Shown here: one piece after another, positions 43,367-53,738 of the stretch
Layout: each line of letters begins with the position of its first letter
Position numbering within the stretch: the first letter of the stretch is position 1
Source of the DNA: Myxococcota bacterium
GTDB lineage: Bacteria > Myxococcota_A > Polyangia > Nannocystales > Nannocystaceae
DNA: 64,000 bases
Direction of reading: 5' to 3'
NCBI GenBank assembly: GCA_039028615.1
Contig: JBCCHT010000014.1
Location: 96,001 to 160,000 of the forward strand
The notes under the pieces: model-generated
Database searches by the model: none
Seen by the model: the letters and a program-made list of their open reading frames with translations, nothing else
What the model was told of the DNA's origin: nothing
Translations under genes and position numbers: made by a program

Positions 43367-43381
43367 CGGCACGGCTCTTGC
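43367..43381 (+). promoter_or_regulatory. sigma54 promoter
   Basis: CGGCACGGCTCTTGC matches TGGCACG-N4-TTGC; GGAGG SD and ATG 43413 follow. Confidence 0.75.
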
Positions 43382-43412
43382 GATGTCTCCTCCGCAGGGA
43401 GGCGACGAGACT

Positions 43413-44540
43413 ATGCAGATTTCCACGTGGCGAGCAGCGATCCATGTCGGAGCACTCGGGGTGCTCATCGGGGGCTGTGGCCCCGCAGCGCGAGGGACGG
43501 GCGGCGCACTCTCGGGTGGGTTCACCGGAGACGACGCCGCATCCACCGGGCCCATCGACGGCACCGACGACGGTCATGAATCGGGCGAGGACGACGGCGA
43601 GGCCACCGACGGCGACGAGCCCTGGCCGCCCGACTCCGGCTCCGATTCCGACGGCGACGACACCGAAGGCGCCGACGCGGGCCCCATCGCGTGCGCGTAC
43701 ACGTCGACCACCTTCGGCCAGCCGCTGCAGCACCTGGACGTGATGGACCCCGACTCGCCCGTGCGGCTGACCTTCTCCGTGCCGGGCCTGCCCGACCCCG
43801 CCCTCATCGAGTCCGTGCGCCTGCGCTTCGACAGCTACGACGCCGATCACCCCGGCGAGGAGGGCTACATCTACGTCGGCGACGGCGTGTTCGACATCCC
43901 CGCCGACACCGACTGGGAAGAGCAACCGTCGACCGGCGACATCGACATCACGGGGCACACGGTGGCCGGCGCCAACCTCATCGAGTTCGGTCCGGGCCCC
44001 CTGCCCCGCTCCTACTTCTTCATCGGTCAGGTGCAGCTCGACGTGATCGCGTACATCGACACCTGCGACGACGCCGGCGACATGGACAACGACTGGGACG
44101 GCGTGGAGCAGACCATCGGCTATCGCGACGCCGAGTACACCGGTCGCCACAACTGGGTGTTGCGCTGCGACGGGCCCGAGTATGCGTTCACGGCCGCCAA
44201 CGGCAAGCATGCCGACAAGGACTGCGACGGTCTCTATGCCCCCGACGGCAGCGCCCACGGCACGGCCACCTTCCACTTCGAGGACGTGGTCGAGGACGAC
44301 TACCTCGTGCAGGTGCACGCCTACCACACGTGGAATCGCAACCCGAACGGCGCGCTGGTGTGGGTCGAGGGCGTGTCCGGGCGCGTGCACCAGCGCAGCG
44401 AGGCGGAAGGCGTCTCCTCGTTCGAGACGGTGGACTGGGGCATCGCCCACCTGTCCGGCGACGTGGACATCGTGATGGACAGCGCCGAAGGGGGCTACGC
44501 CAGCGATGCGGTCAGCTGGATCCGCATCGTGCCCCAATGA
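43413..44540 (+). CDS. lipoprotein with acidic linker and two beta-sandwich (CBM-like) domains
   Basis: Lipobox IGGC, Asp/Gly-rich spacer, C-terminal ATFHF..YLVQV..YASDAVSWIRIV. Confidence 0.75.
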   Translation: MQISTWRAAIHVGALGVLIGGCGPAARGTGGALSGGFTGDDAASTGPIDGTDDGHESGEDDGEATDGDEPWPPDSGSDSDGDDTEGADAGPIACAYTSTTFGQPLQHLDVMDPDSPVRLTFSVPGLPDPALIESVRLRFDSYDADHPGEEGYIYVGDGVFDIPADTDWEEQPSTGDIDITGHTVAGANLIEFGPGPLPRSYFFIGQVQLDVIAYIDTCDDAGDMDNDWDGVEQTIGYRDAEYTGRHNWVLRCDGPEYAFTAANGKHADKDCDGLYAPDGSAHGTATFHFEDVVEDDYLVQVHAYHTWNRNPNGALVWVEGVSGRVHQRSEAEGVSSFETVDWGIAHLSGDVDIVMDSAEGGYASDAVSWIRIVPQ

Positions 44541-44541
44541 G

Positions 44542-47265
44542 CTAGTGCTCGGCGGGGTCGTGCGCCTGCTGCCATCGCGTCAGCCGCTCGAGCTGCGACG
44601 CGGAGGCCCCTGCCTTCATCCCCGCGGCTTTGGCTTCGGCCACCAGCTGCGCGGCGCGATGGCGGTCGCCTCCGCCGTCCCACAGGGCCCGGGCGAGCGC
44701 GAACCGAGCCCGCAGGGCGAGCATGCCCACGTCGGGTCGTTGCTCGAGCGCGACGAGGGCCGGCTCGAGCAACGGCAACGCCTGCGACGACCGCCCCAGC
44801 TCGATCCGCAGCTCCGCCACGTCCACCGCCGACTCCAGCGACTCCGGGTGCTCCGCCCCGTACAGGTCGACCCGAAGCTTCAGGGCCTGCTGCTGCAGAT
44901 CCAGCGCCTCGTCCCGGCGTCCGTAGTGCGCGTGCACGCGGGCCATGCTGCCGAGCGTGGCCGCCAACGCAGGGTGCTGAGAGGCCCCCTGCCCCCGCTC
45001 GATGGTCAACGCCTGCTCGAAGCGCTGCATGGCCTCGTCCCAGCGCCCGTCCTCGAGCAAGGCGTGGCCCGTGTTGTGGAGCAGAAAGCCGACGTCGGGG
45101 TGCTCGTCGCCCAGGATCCGTCGCGTGACCTCGAGGGCGTGGTCGAGCAGCGGCAGCGCCCGGTCGGGGCGCCCGCGCTGGTTCTCCAGCGTGCCGAGTC
45201 GGCTCAGGGCCGTGGCCACGCTCAGGTGGTCCTCCCCGAGGTGCTCCGTGGCGATCTGCAGGGCTCGGGTCAACGACGACTGGGCCCCTTCGATGTCCCC
45301 CACCGTGGCCTGCACGATTCCGAGGTTCGTGAAGCTGCCCATGAGGTCGAGGTGGTCTTCACCCAAGGCCGCCGCCTTGATGGCCAGCACCGCCTCGTGC
45401 CCCGCTCGGGCTTCGTCGTAGGCCCCGCGCGCCCAGTGCACCACCGCCACGTTGTTCAGCAGTGCGGTGCGCCTCGGGTCGTCGTCGGCCAAGCCCATTC
45501 GACGTGCGATGGCGACGCCCAGATCGTGGATCCGCAGCGCTTCGTCGTGCCGACTCCGGCCGTAGCCCACCACGTAGACCAGGCGCGCCACGGATCGGAG
45601 CGCGGCCGCGTCGTCCCCCGCCCCCACCGCGAGGGTCAGGGCTTCGGACGCAGCCTCCTCCGCCTCGTCGTAGCGCCCGAGCGCTTCGAGGGCCTCCGCC
45701 CGATCGAGCTGAACCTCGGCGATTTCGGGCGACCACGCCACAGTGCGGGCGTGGTCCAGCGTCTCGTCCGCGCGTTCCATCGCCTGCGCGACGCGGCCGG
45801 CCGCGAGCTTGGCCGTGGTCTCCGATCGGGCTTGCCGAAGCGCGGCCACGGACTCACGGGTGGCCGCGTCGGGCGGGAGCGAGGGCCGTGCCCGCAGCCA
45901 CTCCGCGTCCGTGCACAGCGACGCGTCCGGCAGGTTGATGGCCGCCCGCACCGCTCGCCGCACCATCGTGTCGTCGGCTCGCTGCAGCTCCGTCAGCAAC
46001 GCCGCGACCGCGAGCCGTCGCTCCTCCAGGCACTCCAGCGCGACCGGAGACTCGGCCTCCACCCCGGCTGGGTTCGGCGTGGACTCGCACACGGCCGCCC
46101 GGGCCTCGGACCACCGCCGCGCGTGCTCGTCGATCCAGCGCGAGGCCTGCTCGAACGCAAACTCCGAGCCCGCGCCACCCGAGGACTCGAAGTTCTGCCG
46201 CAGCCGTTGCCGGGCGTCGGCGCTCCAGACCTCCGCGATCGCGCTCGAGTGGGCCTGGCAGTCGGCGTCTCGTCGTTGTTGGTCTCGCCACTGAAGGCCC
46301 TGCCACCCTAGCAGCCCCGCGATGCCCACCACCCCGAAGGCCAGCGATCGGCGTCGACGAGCCGGGTCGCGACGCAAGTGCTCGAGCAGCTCTTCCATCG
46401 AGCCGAAGCGCTCGTCGGCATCGGGTCGCAGGCCCCGACGCAGCGGCGCCTGCAGGTGTCGCGGGATCTTCCGCGGGGCGTCGTCGGTCCCCAGCTCCAT
46501 CCGTTGCTTGGCCCCGTACAGGTCACGAAGGTCGAACGGCCGCCCCCCGGTCAGCGCCTCCCACAGCGAGACACAAAACGCGTACTGGTCACTCTTGGCG
46601 TCGGCGGGCCGCCCCTCGTGCTGCTCGGGCGCCAATTAGGCGGGCGTCCCCGTGACCATGCCGGTCCGGGTCCGCGACAAGTCGTCGGTCGGCTCCGGCT
46701 CGTCGGAACCGACCGGCTGCGTTCCCTCGAGCTCGCGCGCGATCCCGAAGTCGGTCACCAGGACCTGCCCCGCCTCGCTGCGCATGACATTGGCGGGCTT
46801 GAAGTCGCGATGCACCAGGCCGGCCCGATGCGCCGCCGCGAGCCCCCGCCCCGCCGCATCGAACACGGCCAGGGTCTCCCGCCAGCCCGGCTCCTGCTCC
46901 TGCAGCCAGGTCCGCAGCGACGCCCCTTCGACGTACTCCATCACCATGAAGGGCTGCCGGTCCTCCTCCTCGACGTCGTACACGGCCACGATGTTGGGGT
47001 GCGAGAGCTTGGCCATGGCTCGGGCCTCTCGCACGATGGCCTGCCGCCCTCGCTCGTCTTGCGCTCCGAACAGCAGCTTGATCGCGACCTCTCGACGCAG
47101 CCTCGGATCGTAGGCACGAAACACCTGCCCCATCGCGCCGCTGCCCGCCGAGCCCAGCACCGCGTAGCGACCGATTCGAACCCGCTCACGGCTTTGCCTT
47201 CGATCTCCGCCGACGTCGTCACCGACCACCGTGGGTGCGGTGTCCATGTCGGTGGCCGACGTCAC
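44542..47265 (-). pseudogene. Ser/Thr protein kinase-TM-TPR gene interrupted by one in-frame TAA
   Basis: [32 protein letters not shown] (TAA at 46636-46638); same frame continues through the C-lobe, TM and kinesin-light-chain-like TPRs (LGEDH). Confidence 0.85.
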
Positions 47266-47297
47266 CCTTCGATCTTCTCAGCTGCGCCCCGGCCTGC

Positions 47298-47312
47298 GCA
47301 AACCCGATGCCT
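47298..47312 (-). promoter_or_regulatory. sigma54-type promoter for the kinase gene
   Basis: Minus strand AGGCATCGGGTTTGC (GG-N10-GC), about 33 nt upstream of GTG 47265. Confidence 0.6.
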
Positions 47313-47336
47313 GCTACACTCGTCGCGGTAGCCGGG

Positions 47337-48626
47337 ATGAGCGACGAGATCGAGACCCTTCCGCTCGGCCATCACGAGGCTCGGATCGAGCTGCTCGTGA
47401 TCGTGGGGGGACAGACCCAGTCGCATACCGTAGACGCTGCCGACCGGGTCGTACTGGGACGCTCTCGCTCCGCGACCATCACCGTCGATCACCCTTCCAT
47501 CTCGCGGGAGCACGCCCGGATCGAGTTCGGCGACCGCACGATGTTCACCGACCTGGGCAGCTCCAACGGCTCCCGCGTCCGCGGCGACCGGGTCCCGCCG
47601 AACACCCCGGTGCCGGTCGGGGACGGCGAGCTGATCGAGCTGGGTTCCGCCCTCGTCGTCGTGCACGACCATCGACTGCGCGAGCCCGCCGATCGCTCCA
47701 TCCGCATCGAGATTCCCCCGGACGAATCGGCCATGGACACCGTGCGGGCGGCGGCCAGTCGCGCCGCGCTGCACGGGCTCAACGTCCTCATCCAAGGCGA
47801 GACCGGCGTGGGCAAGGGGGTCATCGCCCGCGAGCTGCACGAGCGCTCGCCTCGCGCCCGCGGGCCCTTCGTGGTCGTCGATTGCACCTCCATCGCGCCC
47901 GAGCTGGCCGAGAGCGAGCTTTTTGGGCACGAAGCGGGCGCGTTCACCAGCGCCCGCGCGCCCAAGCCCGGCCTGCTCGAGACGGGCAACGGCGGCACGG
48001 TGTTCCTCGACGAGATCGGCGACCTCGATCCGCGCACCCAGGCCAAGCTCCTGCGGGTCATCGAGGAGCGACGGGCGCGGAGGGTCGGCAGCGTCACCGA
48101 GCACGACATCGACATTCGCATCGTGGCCGCGACCCACCGCGATCTCGAGGCCGAGGTCGTGGCCGGCAAGTTTCGCAAGGACCTGCTGTACCGGCTCAAC
48201 GCGGTGGTCATCGAGATCCCGCCGCTGCGCGCCCGTCGGTCCGAGATCATGCCGCTGGCGCAGCAGTTCCTCGCCGAGATGGCCCCCGGTCAGCCCTCGC
48301 CGACCTTCTCGGCCGACGCCCGACGCTGGCTGCTCGCCCACGACTGGCCCGGCAACGTCCGCGAGCTCCGCAATGTGATCGAGCGAGCCTTCGCCACCAT
48401 GACGGGCACGACGATCGAGCTCGAGCACGTGCGCCGCGACGGAGCCCCGACGCCTCCGCCCACCGCCGAGCAGATGTCCGAGCGAGACCGCATCGTCGAC
48501 GCCCTGGAGCGCTGCGTGGGCAACCAGACCAAGGCCGCCAAGATGCTCGGCATCTCGCGGCGGACCCTGATCTACCGCCTCGACATGTACGGCCTGCCGC
48601 GGCCCCGCAAAAAACGCCCTGGTTGA
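47337..48626 (+). CDS. FHA-domain sigma54 enhancer-binding protein
   Basis: FHA (LGR..SISREHA..DLGSSNG), GETGVGK, ESELFGHEAGAFTSA, FLDEIG, WPGNVREL, Fis-type HTH. Confidence 0.92.
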   Translation: MSDEIETLPLGHHEARIELLVIVGGQTQSHTVDAADRVVLGRSRSATITVDHPSISREHARIEFGDRTMFTDLGSSNGSRVRGDRVPPNTPVPVGDGELIELGSALVVVHDHRLREPADRSIRIEIPPDESAMDTVRAAASRAALHGLNVLIQGETGVGKGVIARELHERSPRARGPFVVVDCTSIAPELAESELFGHEAGAFTSARAPKPGLLETGNGGTVFLDEIGDLDPRTQAKLLRVIEERRARRVGSVTEHDIDIRIVAATHRDLEAEVVAGKFRKDLLYRLNAVVIEIPPLRARRSEIMPLAQQFLAEMAPGQPSPTFSADARRWLLAHDWPGNVRELRNVIERAFATMTGTTIELEHVRRDGAPTPPPTAEQMSERDRIVDALERCVGNQTKAAKMLGISRRTLIYRLDMYGLPRPRKKRPG

Positions 48627-48659
48627 CCGGCTGCGCGCGCTGCCGCATCGTCGGGGCGC

Positions 48660-49877
48660 ATGGAGGTCGCCGTCATCGGGGCCGGCGCGGCCGGGTTGGT
48701 CACCGCCCGTGAGCTCATGCGCGCGGGGCTGAGCGTCACCGTGTTCGAGCGGGCCGCCCACCCCACGGGGACGTGGGTCTACGGCGACAGCCCGCTGTAC
48801 GCCTCGCTGCGCACCAACCTCCCGCGCGACCTCATGGCGTTCGACGACTTCGCCTTCGAGGATGCGGGAGACCCTCGGCGCTTCCCCGGGCACGAGGAAG
48901 TGCGGCGCTACCTCGAGCGCTTCGCCCAGGCGCATGCCATCGGCCCACGCATGCGCACCGAGACCACCGTGACCGCGGTTGCCCCTCACACGATCCAGGG
49001 CCTGCGTTGGCGCGTCGCGTGGCGCGATGCCCAAGGCCCGGCCGAGGCCGACTTCGACGCGGTCGCCGTCTGCAACGGCCACTACCTCGAGCCCGAGATC
49101 CCGCGTCTACCCGGCACGGAGACCTTCGGCGGCCGCATCGTGCACAGCCGGCAGTACCGCGAGCCGAGTGCCTTCGCCGATCGCCATGTCGTGCTGTGGG
49201 GCGCCAAGTCCTCTGGCATCGACCTTTCGCGGGAGCTGTCGACCGTGGCCCGACGCGTGGTGCTGTGCAGCCGCGACTCGCCCCGTGTCGACGGGCTCGG
49301 CCCGCGGGGCAACCTCAATTTGCGGCCGAACATCACCGCCCTCGAGCCCGGAGGCATGCGCCTGTCCGACGGCAGCCGCGAAGCGGGGATCGATACGCTC
49401 ATCCTGTGCACGGGCTATCGCTATGCGTTCCCCTTCCTGGACCCGAGCGCGGGCGTGCTCGAGCCCGGCCCTGCGCGCGTGTTCCCGCTGCACCTCGATC
49501 TGCTGAGCACACGCTCGCTTCGCCTGGCCTTCGTGGGGCTGCCCTACCAGGTCGTGCCCTTTCCCCTGATGCATCGCCAGGCCCGCCTGTGGGCCACCGC
49601 GCTCACGGGCACGGCCGCGCTCCCCGAGGCTCCCGTCCGCCACTCCATGGCGCTCGAACGCGACGCCCGCTTCGCCGCCGCGGGCGTGCCTCCCCGGCAC
49701 CGCCTGCGCTACGGCCCCCGCCAGTTCCGCTACAACGCCCTGCTCGCCGAGCTGGCCGGAGACCCTCCGCCCCCGGCCTGGCGCGCGCAGCTCAATCGCA
49801 TCGTCGCCGAGCATCGCCGCCGCGACCCCGAGGGCTACCGCGACTTCGTATTCCCCACCGCGAGCGAGCTGGGCTAG
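48660..49877 (+). CDS. flavin-containing monooxygenase (class B FMO)
   Basis: GAGAAG, LYASLRTNLP, FGGRIVHSRQYR fingerprint, GAKSSG, CTGY. Confidence 0.88.
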   Translation: MEVAVIGAGAAGLVTARELMRAGLSVTVFERAAHPTGTWVYGDSPLYASLRTNLPRDLMAFDDFAFEDAGDPRRFPGHEEVRRYLERFAQAHAIGPRMRTETTVTAVAPHTIQGLRWRVAWRDAQGPAEADFDAVAVCNGHYLEPEIPRLPGTETFGGRIVHSRQYREPSAFADRHVVLWGAKSSGIDLSRELSTVARRVVLCSRDSPRVDGLGPRGNLNLRPNITALEPGGMRLSDGSREAGIDTLILCTGYRYAFPFLDPSAGVLEPGPARVFPLHLDLLSTRSLRLAFVGLPYQVVPFPLMHRQARLWATALTGTAALPEAPVRHSMALERDARFAAAGVPPRHRLRYGPRQFRYNALLAELAGDPPPPAWRAQLNRIVAEHRRRDPEGYRDFVFPTASELG

Positions 49878-49890
49878 TGCTCGTCGTTGG

Positions 49891-51009
49891 TCACTGCGTG
49901 GCCGAGACGGTCACGGGCTGATACGCGGCCTTCATGCACACCGAGACGTCCTCGAGGATCGACGGGCCGAAATCGGCCCCCATCGCCCCCTCCCACTCGC
50001 GGATGACGTCCTCGTCGATCGCGTGGTTGTCGACGCTGATGCTCGGCGTCTTCGCGGGCAGCTGCGCGTGCGGGCAATAGCCGATGGGGCGGCCGCGCAG
50101 GAACGGATCGAGGTCGTTGGGCTGATCGATGAACCCCAGCCAATGGATGAACGGCGCCCAGGTGCTCACCGGGTCCTTGTCCCGCGTGAAGTTGAACGGG
50201 ATGAAGGCCGCTCCGACGTTGTCGGCGAACTCTCCCACGAACACGCAGTCCCCGGTCTTCGGCGAGTTGAAGGCAAAATTGAAGACGCGGAAGCGGCTCC
50301 GGTCGTAGCCCCGGAAGGTCAGGTATCGATACGCGTACATCGAAAACAGCTGCGACGAGATACCGCCCAGGCTGTGCCCCGTGACGTGTACGTCGAGCCT
50401 CGCGTTGGGGTCGTCCAAGATATCGGCGATGACGGTGCGCAGGCGCATGCCGCAGCCGTCCCCGCAGCCATCGGCTTCGCCCCACATATAGTCGGACACG
50501 CGCTGGTGAAAGCCCTTGCCCACTTGCCCCGGGATCAGGGCGTCCGCCCCCGGGTGCTGCTCGATCCACGGGTTGCTCGCCTGAATTCGGCTCGTCATGC
50601 CGCTCGCGTTGGCGTTCCAATCCCGCCACGAAGTCTCCGCCGTGCCGCGAAACCCGATGATGATGCTGTGCTCGTTGCCGTTGGCGTATTGATAGACCTG
50701 GACCTTGCGCGCGCTCAGGTCCGCCCGATGCACGTGCCGTTTGCCGCCCAGGTCCACGGGCTGCGAGATCGACGGTACGTCGAGGGTGGGGTCGGTGGCG
50801 TAGGTCCGCAGCGCCACCATCGCCATGTCCCCCACGCGCAAGGCGAAGTCCGACGTCAGGATGCTGGCGCGGAAGGTGGAGCCCACCTCGTCGACGCCCG
50901 CCGTCTCCGTATCGCACGCGGTCGCGGCCATGCTCAGGGCCAGACCCAATCCCAGCAGCGAGGCCTTCGCAGTGGACCCATGACGTTGATTAGCACTGTC
51001 TCGTTGCAT
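49891..51009 (-). CDS. class 3 lipase-family lipoprotein
   Basis: Lipobox ATAC; IGFRGT, VGKGF, VTGHSLGG, SPKTGD, DPV, NH. Confidence 0.85.
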   Translation of the reverse strand: MQRDSANQRHGSTAKASLLGLGLALSMAATACDTETAGVDEVGSTFRASILTSDFALRVGDMAMVALRTYATDPTLDVPSISQPVDLGGKRHVHRADLSARKVQVYQYANGNEHSIIIGFRGTAETSWRDWNANASGMTSRIQASNPWIEQHPGADALIPGQVGKGFHQRVSDYMWGEADGCGDGCGMRLRTVIADILDDPNARLDVHVTGHSLGGISSQLFSMYAYRYLTFRGYDRSRFRVFNFAFNSPKTGDCVFVGEFADNVGAAFIPFNFTRDKDPVSTWAPFIHWLGFIDQPNDLDPFLRGRPIGYCPHAQLPAKTPSISVDNHAIDEDVIREWEGAMGADFGPSILEDVSVCMKAAYQPVTVSATQ

Positions 51010-51205
51010 CGATATCTCCGCGTCCGCGCTCGTCGAGCACGCCCCCGCGCGATGCCAAGCGAATACGCACCCGACTTCGGGCCTCGCTCGTCGCGACGCA
51101 GGCGAACTCCCGCCGATCCCTAAGTCCGCTTGCGGGCGCGAATCTCTTCACCCGCCGCGGGATTTTTCCAGACGCGGGCCGCGGTGATTCCCCGACCCGG
51201 TGGCG

Positions 51206-52939
51206 CTATGGGCACTCGACGTCGGACTCGACCACGCCCTCGCGCCCCACGATGGTCGCGATGTCGGCACAATCGTCGGCGTCGAGCGCCGTTCCGGTCG
51301 CGATCACGGTGTCGCCACGACGGAAGGTTTCATTGGCCACCAGCGGCGCGAGATCGGACACCGTGGTGTCGCGAACGTCGAGCTCGGTGAGGATCTCGTG
51401 CATCTCGACCCCCTCGAGGCTGGTCAGCGGGTTGCCCGAGACGATCGCCGTGTTGAGCGAGGGCCAGCTGGCGAAGGCGTCGATGCGCTCGAGCATGTTG
51501 TCGCGCGCGGTGATCACCTCGATGAGGGGCAAGGCCGCCAGCGGGCTCAGGTCGGTGAGGCCCGCCGAGTCGATGCGCAGCGTCTGCAGGGTGGGCGCCA
51601 GGGCGATGTTGCCGAGGTCCTCGGCAGAAAGCGGCGTGCCGTTGAAGTTGACCGCCTCGATACCCGGCAGCTCGGCGAAGAACGCCAGGTCGACCACCTC
51701 GGCCTCGGTGAAGTTCAGCGAGCGAAGGACCTGCCTCCCCGCCAGCGCGGACATGTCCTGCCGCTGGCCGTAGCCGCCCGCGCCAAAGAAACCCAACAGC
51801 GGCAGCGTGCCCACGACGCTGAGGTCGGTGAGCCCTTCGTTGAAGCGCAGGTCGAGGTCGCGAAGCTCCGGCAAGCCGGCGATGGGCGACAGATCGGTGA
51901 CCTGATTGAGCGCCACCTGCAGGCGCTGCAGCTCCACCGCCCCGTCGACGTCCTCCAAGGAGGTGAGCGCGTTGTCCCCCAGGTCCAGCGTGCTCAGGGC
52001 GACCAGGTTCCGTACCCCGGCCGTGCTGGTGATCTGGTTTTCCTGGGCGACGATCCGGGTGATGCCGACCATCTGCTCGACGCCGGCCAGGCTCGTCAGC
52101 GCGTTGCGCGAGGCCTCGATCTCCTGCATGTCGACCGCGTCGCTCAGCGGCTCGAGGCTCGTGATCATGTTGCCGTCGAGGTCGACGAAGCGCAGGTTCA
52201 CCAGGCCCTCGAGGGGCTCGAGGCTGCGGATGGCGTTGTCGTCGAGCTCGAGGCCGATGAGGCGCTCGAGCCCCGCCAGGGCCTCGACGTCGGTCAGCTG
52301 ATTGCGCGACAGCACCAACACCGCCAGCTGGTCGAGGTCGCGGAGCGCCGACACGTCGGTCAGCTCGTTGCCCGACAGATCGAGGGTCTCCAGCTGCGTC
52401 AGGTTGGCCAGGGGCGACGCATTGGTGACCCCGTTCTCGTCGACCGCCAGGCGCGTGAGCCGATGCAGGGTGCCCAGCGCGGACAGGTCGGTGATCTGGT
52501 TGCCCGAAAGCTCGAGCTGCTCGAGCCCGGTCAGGTGCAGCAGCGGCTCGATGTTCGTGATCTCGTTGTCGGCCAGGCCGAGGCTCAGCAGGCCCTGCGC
52601 ACACTCGAGGCCGGACAGGTCCTGGATGCCCGCGCCCGGCAGGTTCAAGCCCCGCATCGATCGCAACAGCTCGGCCATGATGACCGGCTCGGGCTCTTCG
52701 GGGGGGTCTTCACCGTCGGGCGGCTCGGGCTGCGGCACGCGGGCCAGCAACGCCTCGCGCAGCACGGGATCGGGCACGTCGACCTCGCCGAGGCACAGCT
52801 CGATCTGATCGCCGCCCGCCAAGAAACCGGGGCCAGGCTCGGACGAGCACGCGGTGAGCATCGGGCCCATCGAGGCGAGCGCCACCACCATCGAACGGCT
52901 GAGGTTGCGCCCGTGTCTCGTACGACTGGTCCCGGTCAC
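51206..52939 (-). CDS. internalin-like leucine-rich-repeat lipoprotein
   Basis: Lipobox LTAC, cap VPDPVLREAL, many 22-aa repeats LxxLxLxxNxITDLSxL; start uncertain. Confidence 0.88.
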   Translation of the reverse strand: MTGTSRTRHGRNLSRSMVVALASMGPMLTACSSEPGPGFLAGGDQIELCLGEVDVPDPVLREALLARVPQPEPPDGEDPPEEPEPVIMAELLRSMRGLNLPGAGIQDLSGLECAQGLLSLGLADNEITNIEPLLHLTGLEQLELSGNQITDLSALGTLHRLTRLAVDENGVTNASPLANLTQLETLDLSGNELTDVSALRDLDQLAVLVLSRNQLTDVEALAGLERLIGLELDDNAIRSLEPLEGLVNLRFVDLDGNMITSLEPLSDAVDMQEIEASRNALTSLAGVEQMVGITRIVAQENQITSTAGVRNLVALSTLDLGDNALTSLEDVDGAVELQRLQVALNQVTDLSPIAGLPELRDLDLRFNEGLTDLSVVGTLPLLGFFGAGGYGQRQDMSALAGRQVLRSLNFTEAEVVDLAFFAELPGIEAVNFNGTPLSAEDLGNIALAPTLQTLRIDSAGLTDLSPLAALPLIEVITARDNMLERIDAFASWPSLNTAIVSGNPLTSLEGVEMHEILTELDVRDTTVSDLAPLVANETFRRGDTVIATGTALDADDCADIATIVGREGVVESDVECP

Positions 52940-53177
52940 GGCCACAACGCTAGCTCGGATCGCCCGTGGGGAAAATGGCGGTTGCGTCGCTTCTGCCACC
53001 GAGGGACCCATGCTCCGTGCCGGCCCCGCCGAGATCGGCCACGACCGGGGGTCCAACGCCCCCTAGGGCCACGATTGAACGGAGCCCCTCGCCCGGCGAT
53101 CGTGGCGACCCGGTGGTGCACGCGCAGCGTAATGAAACCGGGGCAGCCGGCAACAAGGATTCGTAGCGGTGCTGCCC

Positions 53178-53729
53178 ATGCTCGAGACTTCCGGTCCTTC
53201 ACTCCATCGCCAAAGCAATCCTCGCTGGCTCCGTCGCCGTGTGCCCCTGGCCTTGGCCCTGGGCGGCGTGATGCTCGGCGAACCCGCCTTGGGCACGACG
53301 CGGGCCGCCCTGGCCAACGCCGACGCCACCGAGGAATCGAAGGCCGTGCTGCTCGATGTCGTGAACCTGCGGCTGGACATCGCGGTCGAGGGACGCCGGG
53401 TCGGCCGCATCAACCGCCTGGTCGCCTTCGACACCACCACCGTGATGGCGTTGGAGGCGGGGCAGCGCCACGAGGTCACCGTGCTCGTGCACCGGGTCGA
53501 CGACGGCGACCAGCTCGAGGTCACCGTGGCCTATCGCCGCGACGACGAATCGATGATCCAGCGGCGCACGGTGCAAACGACGGCGGACCGCCTCGAGGTG
53601 GTCCGCAACCGAGACGCGCGCCTGCGGCTCAAGATGTACGAGACCAAGGTCCCGCCGAGCGAGCTACCGCCCGCGCGACCGCGACTCGAGTACGAGCAGG
53701 GCTCCGACGATCCGCTCGCCGGCTTGTGA
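53178..53729 (+). CDS. exported hypothetical protein
   Basis: Signal-like RRRVPLALALGGV, beta-rich body, DDPLAGL tail. Confidence 0.6.
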   Translation: MLETSGPSLHRQSNPRWLRRRVPLALALGGVMLGEPALGTTRAALANADATEESKAVLLDVVNLRLDIAVEGRRVGRINRLVAFDTTTVMALEAGQRHEVTVLVHRVDDGDQLEVTVAYRRDDESMIQRRTVQTTADRLEVVRNRDARLRLKMYETKVPPSELPPARPRLEYEQGSDDPLAGL

Positions 53730-53738
53730 GCGGCCCGC

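Noticed and set aside
46636..46638. Programmed recoding (Sec/Pyl) of the kinase stop
   Set aside because: The codon is TAA, not TGA or TAG, and TAA serves as a true stop elsewhere in the window (e.g. 15544, 18992, 40991).
51206..52939. LRR array as a diversity-generating cassette system
   Set aside because: Repeats are diverged at DNA level; no reverse transcriptase, recombinase or silent cassettes nearby.
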